Of a DNA stretch of 64,000 nt, positions 30,476-44,729 are shown piece by piece. Numbering within the stretch: position 1 is the stretch's first letter; each line of letters starts with the position of its first letter. The translations under genes and the position numbers were made by a program. The notes below the pieces were generated by a model that saw nothing but the letters and a program-made list of their open reading frames with translations, was not told where the DNA came from and did not search any database. Origin of the DNA: Octopus bimaculoides (Eukaryota); the NCBI RefSeq assembly GCF_001194135.2, contig NC_068984.1:55820346-55884345 (forward strand), given 5' to 3'.

Positions 30476-31429
30476 TCAATATTTAACCAGAGAAACATGT
30501 GAAAGCTGTCTTTACATAAATCAAAAAATGTTTATAAATCATACAAAGCAATTGACATAGTAAATTCTTTATAGACTATACCAAGAAACAATAAAGCATG
30601 CAAAGATGATATAAGTACTCAAGTTAATAACAAAAATACAGTGGTAAGAAAAGTTCGAAATTTGAGATTAAGAAATAAGTCAGGCAAGGTTGTGTACTAA
30701 CAGGTAATCCATTTAATCTACATACTGAAAAGCTCCTCTAAGACGTATTTGTACTTTTCTGAAGTCTCAAAGGAATTATGAAGATCAACAACCTTATATA
30801 TACAGACAATACTGCTTGTAATTTCGTAATCAAAGCTAATTATAAATGTAAGTCCACTAGAATGGAAATGGATATCTTTTGTACTTTCACTTGCTTCAGT
30901 GATTGGACTGTGGCCATAGTGGGGCACCATCTTGGAGAGTTTCGTGAAACAGATCAAACCTAGAACTTATTTTAATTCTGGTACATACGCTTTTGATCTT
31001 TTTCAGCCAAATCACTAAGGCATGGACACGTACACACATACACACACATGCACGCGCACTGAAACATACATATGCAAATACACAACTACACACACATTCA
31101 TTCGCACATATGATAGGTTTTAAACAGTTTCTTTCTATCAAATTTATCAATAAACCATTGTCCAACTGGCACTATAATAGAAGACACATGCGCAAGGTGC
31201 CACGCAACAGGACTGAACCATACACGAAGTGATTACGAAGCCAAGTTCTTAACCAAATATCAGGAGGAATCAGCAATTGAACTGGCATCAAAGATCACAT
31301 AGCATATGTTGATGCAATCAGAAAATACGTAATGTGAAACAGAAATAAAGAAAAATTTGTGATAGCTAGAAAATGATTTGAAAAATGCTAAACAGACATC
31401 AAATAATACTAATATAAAACCCAAAAAAT

Positions 31430-31860
31430 ATTATTGAAATACTATGTATGGTCCACTCTAATACATAGAGCTGAAACGTGGATATTAACAAAATTACTAT
31501 CATATGCAATACAAGCTTTTGTGATGTGGGCGTATAAAAGACTTTTGAGAATATCATGGACAGTACACAAACCAATGAAGTACAAAAACAGGCAAAAACT
31601 AAAAAGAAACTTTTTAGACATCATCAAAGGAAGAACAATAAAGTATTTGGGATACTGAATTTTAAAAAATGGTTTGCAGAGAAAGTAACTAGAAGACAAA
31701 ATAATTGGGAGGATTGGGAGAAAAAATTACAAGAATTACGTGGTTGGTTAATATCAAGGATTGGACGGATTTAGATTTGTGAACGTATAAGAACAGCACA
31801 ACAAACTTGGCGTCCCTTGGCATTTAACCTACCGAGGACTGGCGATACCTGATGATGTAA
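31430..31860 (+). mobile_element. RTE-clade LINE 3' fragment
   Basis: YVWSTLIHRAETWILTK...IQAFVMWAYKRLLRISWTVHK is the RTE post-RT motif. It ends in an RTE-like ...ACCTGATGATG tail. Confidence 0.85.
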
Positions 31861-32399
31861 ATAATAAAGCCATATGTAAAACTTACTGTAATTGAAACTT
31901 ATTGTAATTGTAAATCAAATCCGGTCAATGAGAGTGTAGTAGCAGCTCCACCTTGATGTTTACTATTTCATCTTTTGCTATAATATAATTCACATCAACG
32001 TGTCCATAATATGGAATAGGAGATCTAAGAATGAAAACCTGAATAAATGTACCAATACAACATGTGATACACAAGATAAAAGCCAAAATAATTGTTTTGT
32101 ATTCATATAAGCCATGCTTTTTGCGAACAAGATGAACCTCAGAGGAATGGGAATAAAATAAATGCTTTCATTTATTTGCTAGACTAAGCTATCATAAAAC
32201 GCATTATATTTCATTTTATTATTCAGTATTCTTGTATTGGTGATAGAGCATTTTAAAATCTCATCTCTACCTTACTATAAAGTAGTAGTGGACTCCGTGT
32301 TTCCAGGGTATCAAATATAAATGTGAGTGTGTATGTGTACTTGTATGTATGTACATGTATATAATACATATATATATATATGTTTTTTTTTATTTACTT

Positions 32400-32870
32400 C
32401 TCGTGTCTGGTGGAGGTCGAATCCGTGACTTTTGCAAGGTCTCCAAGACCGGTGAGCTCGATGACATTAATATTCCGTTTAAGGTATTACAAATCAATAC
32501 TTACAGGAAAGACATGGAGAGAAAGAAGATTAAAAAAAACCCGACGTTCTAAGAAAAAGGACTGGTCATAACGGTTAGTGGGGGCTAGCGTAGTTGAACG
32601 CAACAAGAGTAACGAGAGAGTGAGAGACAAATATATCGGAATGCTCGAGTACTGGAGATAGAAGACAAGCTAGCTCCGGGAGACAGAGGCCATTATAGTA
32701 GCGATAGAAAAAACAAAGAGGGCGATAATACTCATGTGGTGCAAAGGCTGCATGTACCCGTTGTGACTGAATAGCAGTCGGTTGAGCAGCCTTTCTATGG
32801 ATGTCTGTGTATGTCGCAGCAACAACGTCCCACACCTGGGCACAGTACTCCATTGTGGATTTCATTTGAG
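32400..32870 (-). mobile_element. CR1/Jockey-group LINE 3' fragment
   Basis: MEYCAQVW...LCFFYRYYNGLCLPELACLLSP, then FLRTS...HVFPVSIDL*YLKRNIN, matching the end of CR1/Jockey-type ORF2. Confidence 0.75.
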
Positions 32871-33278
32871 TGTCAGTAGCTAATGGAGTAGAAATATTTT
32901 TTTATCCTAAAGAGGAAGACCAGTCAATAGGATGTGGTCATAGCTATGCTTAGATTGTACTTTCCTCGCGAGATGTCTTTGATAATGATGATGCCCAGCA
33001 TGTAAAACGTCTATGAGAGCTCCGTGATGAATTGGTATTTTCTTGATATGAGTAGTACTTCAGCTTTTTTTTTCTTTTATTTGCTGCTATTAAACATTAG
33101 GTTGACATAGACCCCACATAATTTTATTTGATATGCGTGTATGAGTGTTAAATAAGACTAGTATTTTAAAGCCGGTTTCAGAATTATAATAGAACATTTG
33201 CTAATGGAGAAACTCAATACTGAGAGTAAGGTTAAATCGACCATAATTTTCTAGTCAATCTGGGAAAATTGAATTTAC

Positions 33279-33437
33279 CAAAACTGGCGAGCGATACAAC
33301 GATAGACAGTATGCCAACGAAAGAGGAGGAAATTAAGATACGTTGCAAACGAGTCATTGGGCTGTAATCGTACTGGGGAACCGCTTTCGGGAGTTTTTGG
33401 TTGAATGAGTCGATTCCGGTACAACAGCAACAACACA
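33279..33437 (-). CDS. Candidate exon VCCCCCTGIDSF...RILISSSFVGILSIVVSLASF (Cys run plus hydrophobic helix)
   Basis: More GC-rich than background. The minus frame is open over ~77 codons while all plus frames have stops. Acceptor gactgatcgtgaattatttctag|, donor TTG|GTAAAT, phase 1 to 1. The ATG at 33462 is an alternative start. Confidence 0.4.
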
Positions 33438-34304
33438 CTAGAAATAATTCACGATCAGTCATTCCCAGTTATATAGAAGTTAGAAAATATTGTAGACCAT
33501 AAAGTCATTGATTTTCTACGACGTAGATGCTATCCAAATTTTGTAAAGAACAGGTATATTTGTCGACTCGACCCTATAAAAACATTGTTATTGATCTTAG
33601 CTATTCTAAAAGAATAAACGTTAAACGAATTTGTAAAAAAATTCAGTTTGTACAGAATTTCGCTAAGTTTTCTACAGCTTTTTCCAACTGCGAAAAAAGA
33701 ATAGCATTAGCTACTGAATCGCATGGAATCCTGAAACACCAAAAGTTTCCAAAATAATGCGATTGCCATAAAAAGTGTTTTCTTTCTCGAAATATCAATT
33801 ATTTATTTGATAAAACCGTGCTATAGATAGTACCTAAATGCAGAAATATTTATTCGTCTCTATACGCTTTATTAACTTAATCTGGGTTAATTAGTGTTTT
33901 AGAAGCAGTCATCCGAGGAAATACACATATAGATATTGAATTCGCTGTGTATTAGGGTACGATAAGGAAGTTTTTGTCTTGGAAACAAATATTAATTTAA
34001 TGTTATCACTGTTTATTTCAATAAAGAAAAAGTAATATTCGAACCTTCATGGTTATCTATTTACACAATTCCAACTTAAACAGTAACTAGCATACAAGTG
34101 TATTCTATTTACCACATTCTTATATTATTTTGTCTTTGAAATGAGGTTACGCTGGGACAGTGTCTTTAAGCGTTTTAGTATCTGGCGGATTATTATATCG
34201 GTTTCTATTTATTGAAAGGCAAACTCAACATCATGTTGGTAAATGAGTGGTTTAAATGTCACAATATATTTTTTCGGTACAATACACTAATATGTATAGA
34301 TATA

Positions 34305-35205
34305 TCTACTACATATGTGAGAAATTCTGTTTGTGGGTGCGTTTGTGGAGTTGTTAGCTAACTCCTCCTACATCGTTTTATCGATTTTGATGAATCATGA
34401 CACGTGAGTAGAACTCATGTCTGGAAACCTCGTGGTATACTCAGATTGTTTTAAAAAATGATAATAGGGCCCCTGGGAGGGGTCCTTATATATATCTAAT
34501 ATACTTTAATTTAAAAACCCATTCGCCCTTGAAAGAGATCCTTATATATACATAGCCACGGGAAGTAACCTATTCATTTTCCTGAATTATTTGGTAAAAA
34601 GGAAATTGAGCATGCTTATTCCTTAATATTTGAACTGTTAGATTTATTTTCGCAATTTATCCTGTACAGCCCTTAAGCAAGTAAATAGTATTTTCCTAAA
34701 CAACAGATCCACTTATCTCGGTTTGTGACTTATTCACGAATATACCAACACTAGCGCCACTGAGGGTAATATTCTCTGGAAACGGACAAAAGCCCTTTTC
34801 AGAGTTATTTACTTTGAATTATTATTATTTCATATCTGATTAGCCTGTCATTACGTAACATTCTTCACGATTTTAGTATAGATACCTTATTAGTATTTCC
34901 TCCTATGTTCTATATAGTCTGAGAACGTATTAAAGCCCTTTTCGGGGTTACTCTATTTGAATTCTTACTATTGGGCAACTAATTTCATGTTATTACATAA
35001 CTGACTTCACAATTTGGGTATTCTTAATTTACTGGGAATTCCTAAAAACAAGATCCTGTTTAAGACAGTTCGCTGTCCTCTGTAAGTTCACAAACACCGT
35101 TTTAAGGGCTACATACTTTGTATTGTCGTTATTGGATTAGCGAAACAACTAAGAGAACGAAACCAAAGGATAAGCCCTGCTTTCCCGGGAATTACCGGGT
35201 ACGTC
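34305..35205 (+). mobile_element. Possible non-autonomous Helitron-like element
   Basis: Begins TCTACTACATAT...TTCTGTTTGT...AACTCCTCC...ATCGATTTTGATGAA, a 5' pattern familiar from invertebrate Helitron-like repeats. A GC-rich hairpin-like motif lies near 35170-35200. Boundaries are uncertain. Confidence 0.3.
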
Positions 35206-35784
35206 AGATAATATATATATATATATATATATATANNNNNNNNNNNNNNNNNNNNNNNNNNNNNNNNNATACATGTATGTATGTATATATGTATATAGGT
35301 TAGTAGAGCTAGCGGTTGGAATAACCGTCTAAGGGATAAGAATATCCGTATTTACTAACGGTATAAATTACCTATATTAAACAAGGGCATGGATATGCAA
35401 AAATAATATGCTCATAGGATACAGGCAATAACAAAAAAAACAAGAGTTTATCACGATTCAAATTTAAATTAAACAGAAAATGGAGAATTTTCTCCATTTT
35501 TCTGCTTAATTTATATATGTACGTATGTATGTATGTATGTATGTATGTATGTATGTATGTATGTATAAATATATTTGTGTGTGTGCGTGTGTGTGTGTGT
35601 CATTCAGTTTTAATTCAAGATTTTTTGCCAATATAGAAAGAGCCGGTTTCTAACCCGGGTCCAAGTCTCCTTCATTGGAATCAACAGGGTATTTTTGTAT
35701 GTATGTATGTACATCTGCAGAATTGTATGTTTTCTTTTATGTATGTATTCTCATGCATATAGCTGCATTCCTAGACCTACTCAT

Positions 35785-36005
35785 ATATTTTTAAATGATA
35801 AACATCTGGAAAGTTTTACAGATTTTAGCAGTTCTCGTGGTGGCTTGGATTTGTAGTCTTCGAATTAACTTTCTCCTTTCTGGTTTTGAGAAGCCTAATT
35901 TCTCAGGATTGGTATTTAGGCAGTGTGTTACATATCCCAGCGCGCTGATAATTACAGGTATAAACCTCAACTTGCTATCTGGATAGATTAGATTTATATT
36001 CATCA
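35785..36005 (-). mobile_element. R4/Dong-like LINE 3'-end fragment
   Basis: LRFIPVIISALGYVTHCLNTNPEKLGF...RTAKICKTF is typical of the C-terminus of restriction-like-endonuclease non-LTR elements. Confidence 0.75.
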
Positions 36006-38029
36006 TACATATGAATGTATGTATACACGCATGTATGTATGTCCAGAAAAATATATATCTCTAGCAAACTGGATTCCCAAGGCACCCACGAGGCGTTGGT
36101 TAACCCATAGTCCTAGTATATGATTCTTTTCCAAAGCGTTACGCAGTGCTATCAAAACTACTACTGCATTGTTAAGCAGCAAACTTCTTAATCATGCAGC
36201 TATGCCTGTACTAATTCAATTTCAATTTATTGTTTTACATGATGGTCCATCTAGTTATGTAGTTGAAAATAGCAAATTAGAGACCTAGAACTCTAAACTC
36301 CTTCTAAATAGATACAAACCAGCTTATATTTAAATATACACGAAGGGTAGAGAAAAGATATTTTCCTTTGAGGATTAATAGGTCGACCGTCAAATGAAAT
36401 AGTAAATTGGTAAATACAGCAACATTCGAATGACGATAAAAACACAATTTAGTGAAAAACCTCCAGAAAGTATCTTATTCAATCAGAATCAAAATAGACG
36501 AATGATTGAATGAATGAATGAATGAATGAATGAATGAATGAATGGGAGAGGTGGCAATAATTGATGATAAAGAAAGTAACTACGAAAAATAACGCAATGT
36601 CACTGACAGGCTGATAAATAATCAAATATGATTCTTCATGACAGGACTCTATTCTAGGGTATTTAGAATGTTCTACTGAACAATTTAGCTTTTGTGATTC
36701 AAATTTAAAAATGAGAAAGAAAATCTTTTAATTAACAAATAATTCAGAGTGTATCGACAGAAGATGGTGTATCAGTAAATATTCTGATAAAACCAACTAG
36801 AATGAATGCAGCCGCAAGCTATTTTGCCTTCAGAAATAAATGAGAAGAATGTATTAATATATTTGCTTTATCTTTTTCGTTATTGCAAAGCAAGATAGAG
36901 ACGTCTCTTGGCAACAAACTAGTTTTTATTTAGTATCTTAAATCTAGATGAAAATTCATTGAAATATTAGTTCGTATAGAAACTGAGCTTATAATTCTAT
37001 GGTTAATCTAAGTTTCTTAAGATACCAGAATATAGTGCTTGTGAAAAATTAGATAAATAATGGTAGTAGAAAGGATTATTAAAACTTCCTTCGTCTATAT
37101 AATATAATATATTTCATCGTCAATGTTTTCTGTTAACTGCGTTGGCATGTATCAATTCAACGATAGGTAAATAATTTGAACCGAATTTCTTTTGGTTTTC
37201 TTTTTTTAGATAATACTGGGAAAATGATAACAGTGTCAGATTCACAGTTTCCAATTGTAATGTCTTTATTTTTATAAGATAAAACATGCTTGATGCTAAA
37301 CTGTTAAATTATGTCTCTAAGATTGATTTTATAACATAACAAGGAGAACGCTAAAACATAATAACATTCTTGAAATGTTATTATCAATAGAAAGAGCAAC
37401 GAGCAAATAATATCAAATTAAGGCAAAATGGTGTCGAGGATTAATTTCGTGAAATCTATTCGAACATTCGAAGAAAGTTGATGTTTTGACCAGAATTTTT
37501 TTATTGCTCTCAGCTAAGATCTAAGATCTAATTATGTAAGTGTAATTACCGTATGAAAATGACGGCTTTCAAATATTTCCTTTTTAAAGAGTACAGATGG
37601 TACAAATTTATACTATAAAAACGATAACATTTTCATATTATTACTGGAATATAGTGGGTTTTATGGTAGAGTATAGTGGGTTTTATGTGTTCCTTTCCTT
37701 CATTGCGTCTTTCAATATAATTACTTGTTCACAATTTCGTAAGCTATACGAACGAACATTCAATATTATACTCTGAAAAATACAAATAAAGCTCAAAACA
37801 ATGTGCCATTTTACACCTAACAACATAAAGCACTATAAAGTCATGTATTAGATTGTAAATCCTGATCCTACTCTTTGCTGAAATAGATATTACATTTAAT
37901 AAAATACTTGGAAATGCGCCAATTTTCCTCAAGCCATTTGGCAGTATCAAAATAATTTTGTTAGAGATTCAAATATTTCATGGAAAAGTAGTGACAGACA
38001 AAATACCTGGTGATATTTTTATCTACATA

Positions 38030-38705
38030 ACTTTCCGTTCTCAGTTCAACTCTTGGCGAGGCCAACGTTTTATTAGTTCCGAACTTGGTGACGGAGGATA
38101 AAACATGAGCGTATCTTTATGACCCGGCTTAGTTCATGGAATGGTATCATACATCTTTCCAAGGCCTGAGAAGTTAAAGAGCCAGTTGGGCATAGAAAGT
38201 CATGGTGGTAATTTTGAAAAAGGACATGGGTATCATTCTCTTTTATTTCCTGAAGCGCAGCTGTACCGTGAACATCGAGCAGTATATTGAGACACTTAAG
38301 AGGATTAGAAAAGCTGTGAGGAAGAAGAGGCTGAAAAAGAACATGACAGCGAACTACACTTACCATGATGATGCACAACTACATACATCTTTAGAAACAA
38401 ATCTGTCAACAGGAAAAGTAAGTTGATCAATGGGTTCCCAGCCACCGTAAAACCTGGATGACAAAAACGAATTGGATGTGACTGTGAAGTGGTTACATGG
38501 AGTGGTTACAAGATCATACATGAATTTTTTTTTCAAAGAGTATTCTAGAGTTGAGTTTAACGATGAGACAAATTCACTGCTTGTAATGGAAACTATGTTG
38601 AGTAATACGTTTGTATAACATGCACAATTTAAACGACCAAAGTTAGTTAATAGAAAAGTTATGCTCGCCTTTACGTTACTTTCGGTACAACCCTTCAGCT
38701 TAAAA
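38030..38705 (+). mobile_element. Degenerate mariner-type transposase fragment with 3' TIR
   Basis: GIILFYFLKRSCTVNIEQYIETLKRIRKAVRKKRL...YHDDAQLHTS matches the mariner G.lliDfL..g.TIN..yY...L..Lr.air.KR...hHDNArpH pattern. TIR-like GTTACTTTCGGTACAACCCTTC near 38680-38700. Confidence 0.8.
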
Positions 38706-39023
38706 GACTGAAATTACGGCCATATCTTTTTAATGATTTTATTGTTTCGTTTTTTTTTTTAAAAGCCATGTATATATTTCTTTCTTCCTCGTGTCAAGCA
38801 TACAACTTCGAGATTATAATAAACTTAAACTGTATATCTTAAATAGAAGCTGGTAAGATATCCTTCAAAATATAGCGGTCTCCAAAAATTCTATTTTTAT
38901 TATGTATGTTTTCATGTTTTTCCTTGTTTCTTGTCTGGTTTATTTTATAGCAGAATATCAATATATATTGGAGTGGAGATAAGCTGGTAAGCATTAGGTT
39001 AGGTATCTGTTTAAACGACTTAC

Positions 39024-39118
39024 CTACTTCTATATTTTTTCTTTCGGCGTTAATGAACATCACTTTATATCGTAACATCATTTTATATTGCAAGATAATT
39101 GGAAACCATATGGTGTAT
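39024..39118 (-). CDS. Candidate exon YTIWFPIILQYKMMLRYKVMFINAERKNIEV
   Basis: Strong acceptor tattttttaaaactcag| and strong donor TAG|GTAAGT, open frame, phase 2 to 1. Confidence 0.4.
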
Positions 39119-39206
39119 CTGAGTTTTAAAAAATACTTATAAACTTATATATGGATACAGGTTAACAATATCTGTATGTATTAAAATTCCAGCTAAACTC
39201 TGTATG

Positions 39207-39240
<34 letters not shown>

Positions 39241-39260
39241 AATTATGTGCGTGTTCATTA

Positions 39261-39294
<34 letters not shown>

Positions 39295-40710
39295 NNNNNN
39301 NNNNTGTGTGTGTGTATGTGTGTGTGTGAAGGTGTGTATCTGCTTGTGACATCGTGCGGCAGGGTAAAACAAGGTACACTATGAAAGCAAAAGAAAGATA
39401 TGCCAATTATTCAATTTAATTTTCCGCACTTGTAGTGGATACTAATTGTTCTGAATATTCTAGAAACCGGCTCAGTGCATTGTGAGAAAAAATAAACTTT
39501 ACTCCATAAGAATTAAATAAATATATATTGGATGCTAGATTGCAAAGCATCAATCCAAATTTACATTCATAAACCATTTATGAAAACTTTAACAATCTAC
39601 AATTTCAGAACTACTGATCTCTCTAGGAATTTTATATTCCGATATATCCTTGACACAAATCAACACATGATGTTATTTGATGTTTACTACAAGTGGATTA
39701 AGTGGAATAGCACGCATAACCTCTATGTTAACCTTCTATAACACATATCTGTTGAGCCACATGCTGAAATATTTAACATAATCATTCATTTGATTAAACA
39801 TTTGTTTATTTGTGTTACTTTGTCTGAGTAAAGAGATTATAGTTGGTGGAAAGGAATTTTTATATCATCAATTTAACTAACCAATTACTTTAACTCAACA
39901 GTTTTCTTCTTCCCAACGAAGTGATTTGTTTTAGAATTTTGATTGGCACTAATATTACTTGTCACTGTTTCTGATTATTTAAGTGTTAAATGGTATTATC
40001 AACAATTCGTTTATTTGGCAACGAATTACAAAGCAAATATTTTGTAGAGAAGAAAGAAGCAGTCAATTAAATCGACACGAAAATTAATAGTATTTCTTCC
40101 TAGACCCCACATTGAGAGATTAAAAGCAAGGTCAACCAAACCGTGAACTGGACTGGAATTCCTTAAACTGAGATTCTAGACTGTGTGTCAGTTTCTTTTT
40201 AGTAATGAGTCTCTTGCTTGTCGGTATTCATCACTGGTATCACTAATATTCGTTTTAACATTCATAGGAGTTGCAGAAATGTCACAGCTCGGATCATTTC
40301 TCTAAATTCTGAATTCAAATCCAATGGAGGTTATCTTTGACTTTTCACGCCGGTAAAACATGTTAGACTTACACAGTGGGATCGATTAATTTGACTAAAT
40401 CATAGTCTTTAAATGCTGTGATTGTTTGCTAAGATATAAATCGGGAAAATGAATTTTGATGTTTGGCATCTGAGAACGGGCAAGTTATGGCATTTATTTT
40501 ATTTCTTGTGTTACCTCGATGTTCTGAAACCAATGCCCACATTGACTTTCAGCTAAATGGAATCATTAAAAATATCTTAATGGACTTGAGCCAACTCAAT
40601 CACTGACTGTTGCACTCAGCATAAATGTAATTATTTCTTATCAAAAAAAAAATGCTAATTAGCCAGATTTCTTATATATGTTCACAAGAATAATGAAGAA
40701 AACCTCACAC

Positions 40711-40826
40711 ATCAAAAGATAAACAAGAAAGTCTGTAATGTTAAATTGTGATGTCGGTGTCTTCTTCTTGAAAGGCATCAACATCGCAATTTCACAATCC
40801 CTCATTTGAAAAATTGATAATTCTTG
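40711..40826 (-). CDS. Candidate exon QELSIFQMRDCE...NITDFLVYLL
   Basis: Open frame between ttttcgttataaaag| and a moderate donor AT|GTGTGA, phase 0 to 2. It was chosen partly because it completes the phase chain, so overfitting is a risk. Confidence 0.2.
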
Positions 40827-41134
40827 CTTTTATAACGAAAAGCATATATTGATCAAGATAAGCCTAATTTGTTGCCCTGTTTAACACCACCACTTAGTTC
40901 TGACTGCTTTTTATGGAGTCCACCCTGTTGTAAGTATTCAAACTATATCTTCAGTTTGGGGATAGCTAAGTGTATTCACTGCTTCCTAAATCAGAAACTC
41001 TTGAGCTGTTTATTTCCTCCCATCCACACCCCATTCTCAAAGGTTCTGCAAAATTTAAGTGTGTTGTTTTTCTTCCTCTGACTGAGCTGTAAAAATATCC
41101 TTCATTAAAATGAATGCGTGCACGCGTGCATGTG

Positions 41135-41184
<50 letters not shown>

Positions 41185-41198
41185 TTGTGTGTGTATGC

Positions 41199-41244
<46 letters not shown>

Positions 41245-42165
41245 AAGTAAGAATTCTAGAGAGAGAATTTCTTATCTTTGCCCGATATAAATAGGCTGCT
41301 GTTTTTATCTATCAAATTCTGAAGTCGGAATATTGTAAAATGCACAAATGCAAGGCAAATTGTTAGATTGATATTACTACCTATGCAAAATTGTTGCTAA
41401 ATCTACGTTACAGAAAATGCAGATAAAATTAGCAAAGAAATTGATACTTATTAACCGGCGAGCAGAATCTTTTAAAATGTAATATGAAATTGCTGATAAC
41501 AAATAGCAAGAATAGTTTGCGTGACAGAATACCCGCTTCCTCGATATCTATATTGTTAATAAACACACAAGAGTTTTATATAACTCTGTTCTCATACGTA
41601 ACACAGAGCAAAATGCACCTGGCTTGGTATTTTTCCAATAAATATTTAGAAATAGAAATCCAATTGAAAATTAATAACAATCAATTTACAATAGAAAGAA
41701 CTTTAGTTTCTTTGAAAATTGAATTATAATATTAAAAACATAATTCTATTCACACAGAGCAATATCTTTTTAAGGAAGTATTTCTGATATTCATGACTCA
41801 CAAAACATTCTAGTTTTTCTATCTTCGCTCTGTAAATCTATTTACACTGTAGCTTCGATAACTTCAAATATCTAACTTATTTTAAATGAATATTTCAATC
41901 TACACCATCAATACTGCAAATTAATCCGAACTTTGTTATATTTTTTATCAAACATAAAAGAAAGTTTGCTTGCATGTGTTCTTTTTAATATGTTACTAAT
42001 ATCAGTTGAATAAAGCATTTTGTAGTGTGAACGTTAATTAAATACCTTAGATTTGCTGAGCAATCACACATCTGTGATATGTGAATGTACCCCACCACAT
42101 ACACGCACATATATGTATATATATGCATATTGATATATATGTATGCGTGTGAGAGAGTATATACA

Positions 42166-42207
<42 letters not shown>

Positions 42208-42609
42208 AAGTATGGGGGTTTAGTCCACAGGTTATCTAAACGAATAGGTACGGTAGGTAAGTGCTGTAACGGATTACTAGGGCTCCAAAGTTACAGCCGA
42301 GACGGTAGTTATGGAGCCATTGTAAATTTCCGATAGAGCGGATATATAATTGTTAAAGAGGACAACAAACGTTAAGGCAAGGCAAACATCTCAAGTCATA
42401 TACATTATTATTACAGGAAAAAATTCAAAGTCTTACAGCTGTTTCTGGGATATACCATACTTTGAATATCCAAAAACAGTTGTTAGACTTTGAATTTTTT
42501 CCAGTAATAATAATGTATATGACTCGAGATGTTTGCCTTGCATTAACGCTTGTTGTCTTCTTTAAGAATTATACACACACACACACATATATATATATGT
42601 ATGTGTGTG

Positions 42610-42648
<39 letters not shown>

Positions 42649-43282
42649 GTGTGCGTGTGTGTGTGCGCGCGTGTGTGTGTGATTACATCTGAACTAGCGA
42701 ATACTTAGAAGTACATAAACATCATTGGTGTAATTATCATGATTTCAAATGAAATCAGAGAAGGTTGGATATAGTTTTAAAAGATTGTTCTTACTAATTT
42801 CAAATAATAAGATGGCCAATTTTCAAGCAAAAAGTAATGAAATTCCAAATATATGAACGGCAAGAGAAATAAACAAGTAGCTTTATTTCCCATGCTTTCA
42901 GAATTATTAAGGCCTTGAGGATAATCAAATTAAATATGAAATAAACATAACGCATTAATTTTAAAACACTCCTTCAATATGTTCAGAGAAACTTTACCTT
43001 TTAAGGGAAATATTTTGCAGATTAATCAAGTTTGAAACTTAGAGTGTTTTTCTTCTAAATCTTTAAAGTAAGTGTAGCTATACGCGTAAATACAGTTTGC
43101 CTGACAATCAGATTTGAGAACAGATAAGATCCTATATGAAAGTTAATCAAAGGGGGGGGATGTTCTATGCGGATCGTATCGAAACATCCCTACTGAGGAT
43201 AAGTTCATTAAACTTATGCTACGAGATTCGACCGAGTTTCAACAGTCAAATATCAATAAATCCAAGAACTCTTTATACTCAC

Positions 43283-43318
43283 GCAAATCCAGTTGTCTTG
43301 TTCAGCTTCATTAACAGC
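43283..43318 (-). CDS. Candidate 36-nt exon AVNEAEQDNWIC
   Basis: Strong acceptor gatttcttgcag| and donor TGC|GTGAGT, phase 0 to 0. The peptide resembles the PH-domain C-terminal helix pattern (A.s..E...WI), which is inference. A second frame (RLLMKLNKTTGFA) is also open. Confidence 0.35.
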
Positions 43319-43604
43319 CTGCAAGAAATCGAGACAGTTTCATTATTCCATGACCTAGATTATACCAAAATCAATAAGATCGTTGAATTCATAGATTGTA
43401 AATAAAGCACAAAAGCATTCCTTAAATGACCTAAATTCATAGTATGAAGGTCACCTCACTCAAAGTCAAGAAATATAAATCAGGATTTGAAAGTTCCCAT
43501 ATATTGTAAGCATCATACAACCAAAGAAGACAAAATCACCATTGAGTCGAAAACACTGTCCTCTCTATGATGATCTATTACGACAGTCAGACGGACAAAG
43601 GAAC

Positions 43605-43683
<79 letters not shown>

Positions 43684-44518
43684 GATACATACATATCTAC
43701 CTACATACATACGTATGCCGTACACACAGGCCAACAGACATACCTCTATCATTGAACCTGGACCTGTCGGCTAGCTAGATATGTACGTCAACCTATGCTT
43801 AAATATTTTTTGACAGTTTACTTAATAGTGTCCTTGTCATAATTTCTTTCAAGCCACCGTTATTTCACTACTACTTATTCATCAACGAATCGGAGTTACC
43901 TTTAAAATCCCACTAAAGAATACTGTTTTTTCATGTCTGAAATATTAACGCAACAATCAACAACCATGTTTCTTTTGCATGAGAAGACCCAACCTCAGCA
44001 AATATAAGATATGTTCTTCTTGGAACATAACTATAATAAAATTCAAGCATCATCTCTCGATTAAATTATTTTAGCGAGGGGAGGTAATTACGAAGCTCAT
44101 TAATTATGGAAAAATATCAGAGCCCACATTAGCATAAATTTCAGTGAAAAATTCTTAAAATAATAGAGTAATACTGATATAATTACAGGCTGTTTCTGAC
44201 TTGAAAGCTAAAATCATTGATTAACGTGTATTCTGGATCAAAGAGATATGGATTATCCAACATTGACGCAAAACTTTGGTTCTGAAACGTTTCAGAAAGT
44301 AAAACTAAAGCATCAAAAGAGATTATTAATTTAGGTTATTTCTGTGACACTTAATTAATTCAATGATCTATCAGATTTACGCGTAAGACACGCAGATTTT
44401 TATATAAATGTTCATACATAGACACAAACATATGTATGTACATGTTTCTTTTTATCTGTGCGTGTGTATGCCGCAGACTACGTGTTTAAATAACGTAATG
44501 TATGTATAAACGTATAAT

Positions 44519-44729
44519 GGTTTCAAATTTTGGCACAAGGGCAGAAATTTCGAGGAACGGATAAATCGATCACATCGACTCCAGTGTTCTACTGGTACTT
44601 ATTTTATTGACTCAGAAAGAATGAAAGCCAAAGCCAACCTCGGCTGAATTTGAACTCAGAATATGAAGACAGACGAAATGCCACTAAGCATTTTGCCTGG
44701 CGTGCTAACGATTCTGTTGGCTCACCGCC
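44519..44729 (-). mobile_element. Nin/Deu-like SINE
   Basis: Aligns by eye with 4296-4507. A more decayed copy lies at ~40010-40170. Confidence 0.8.

Noticed and set aside
30728-30858. Exon-like segments on both strands (GLTFIISFDYE... minus; LKGIMKINNL... plus)
   Set aside because: The upstream part of the minus ORF is a SINE tail, the phase does not fit the neighbouring candidates, and the two strands are equally plausible.
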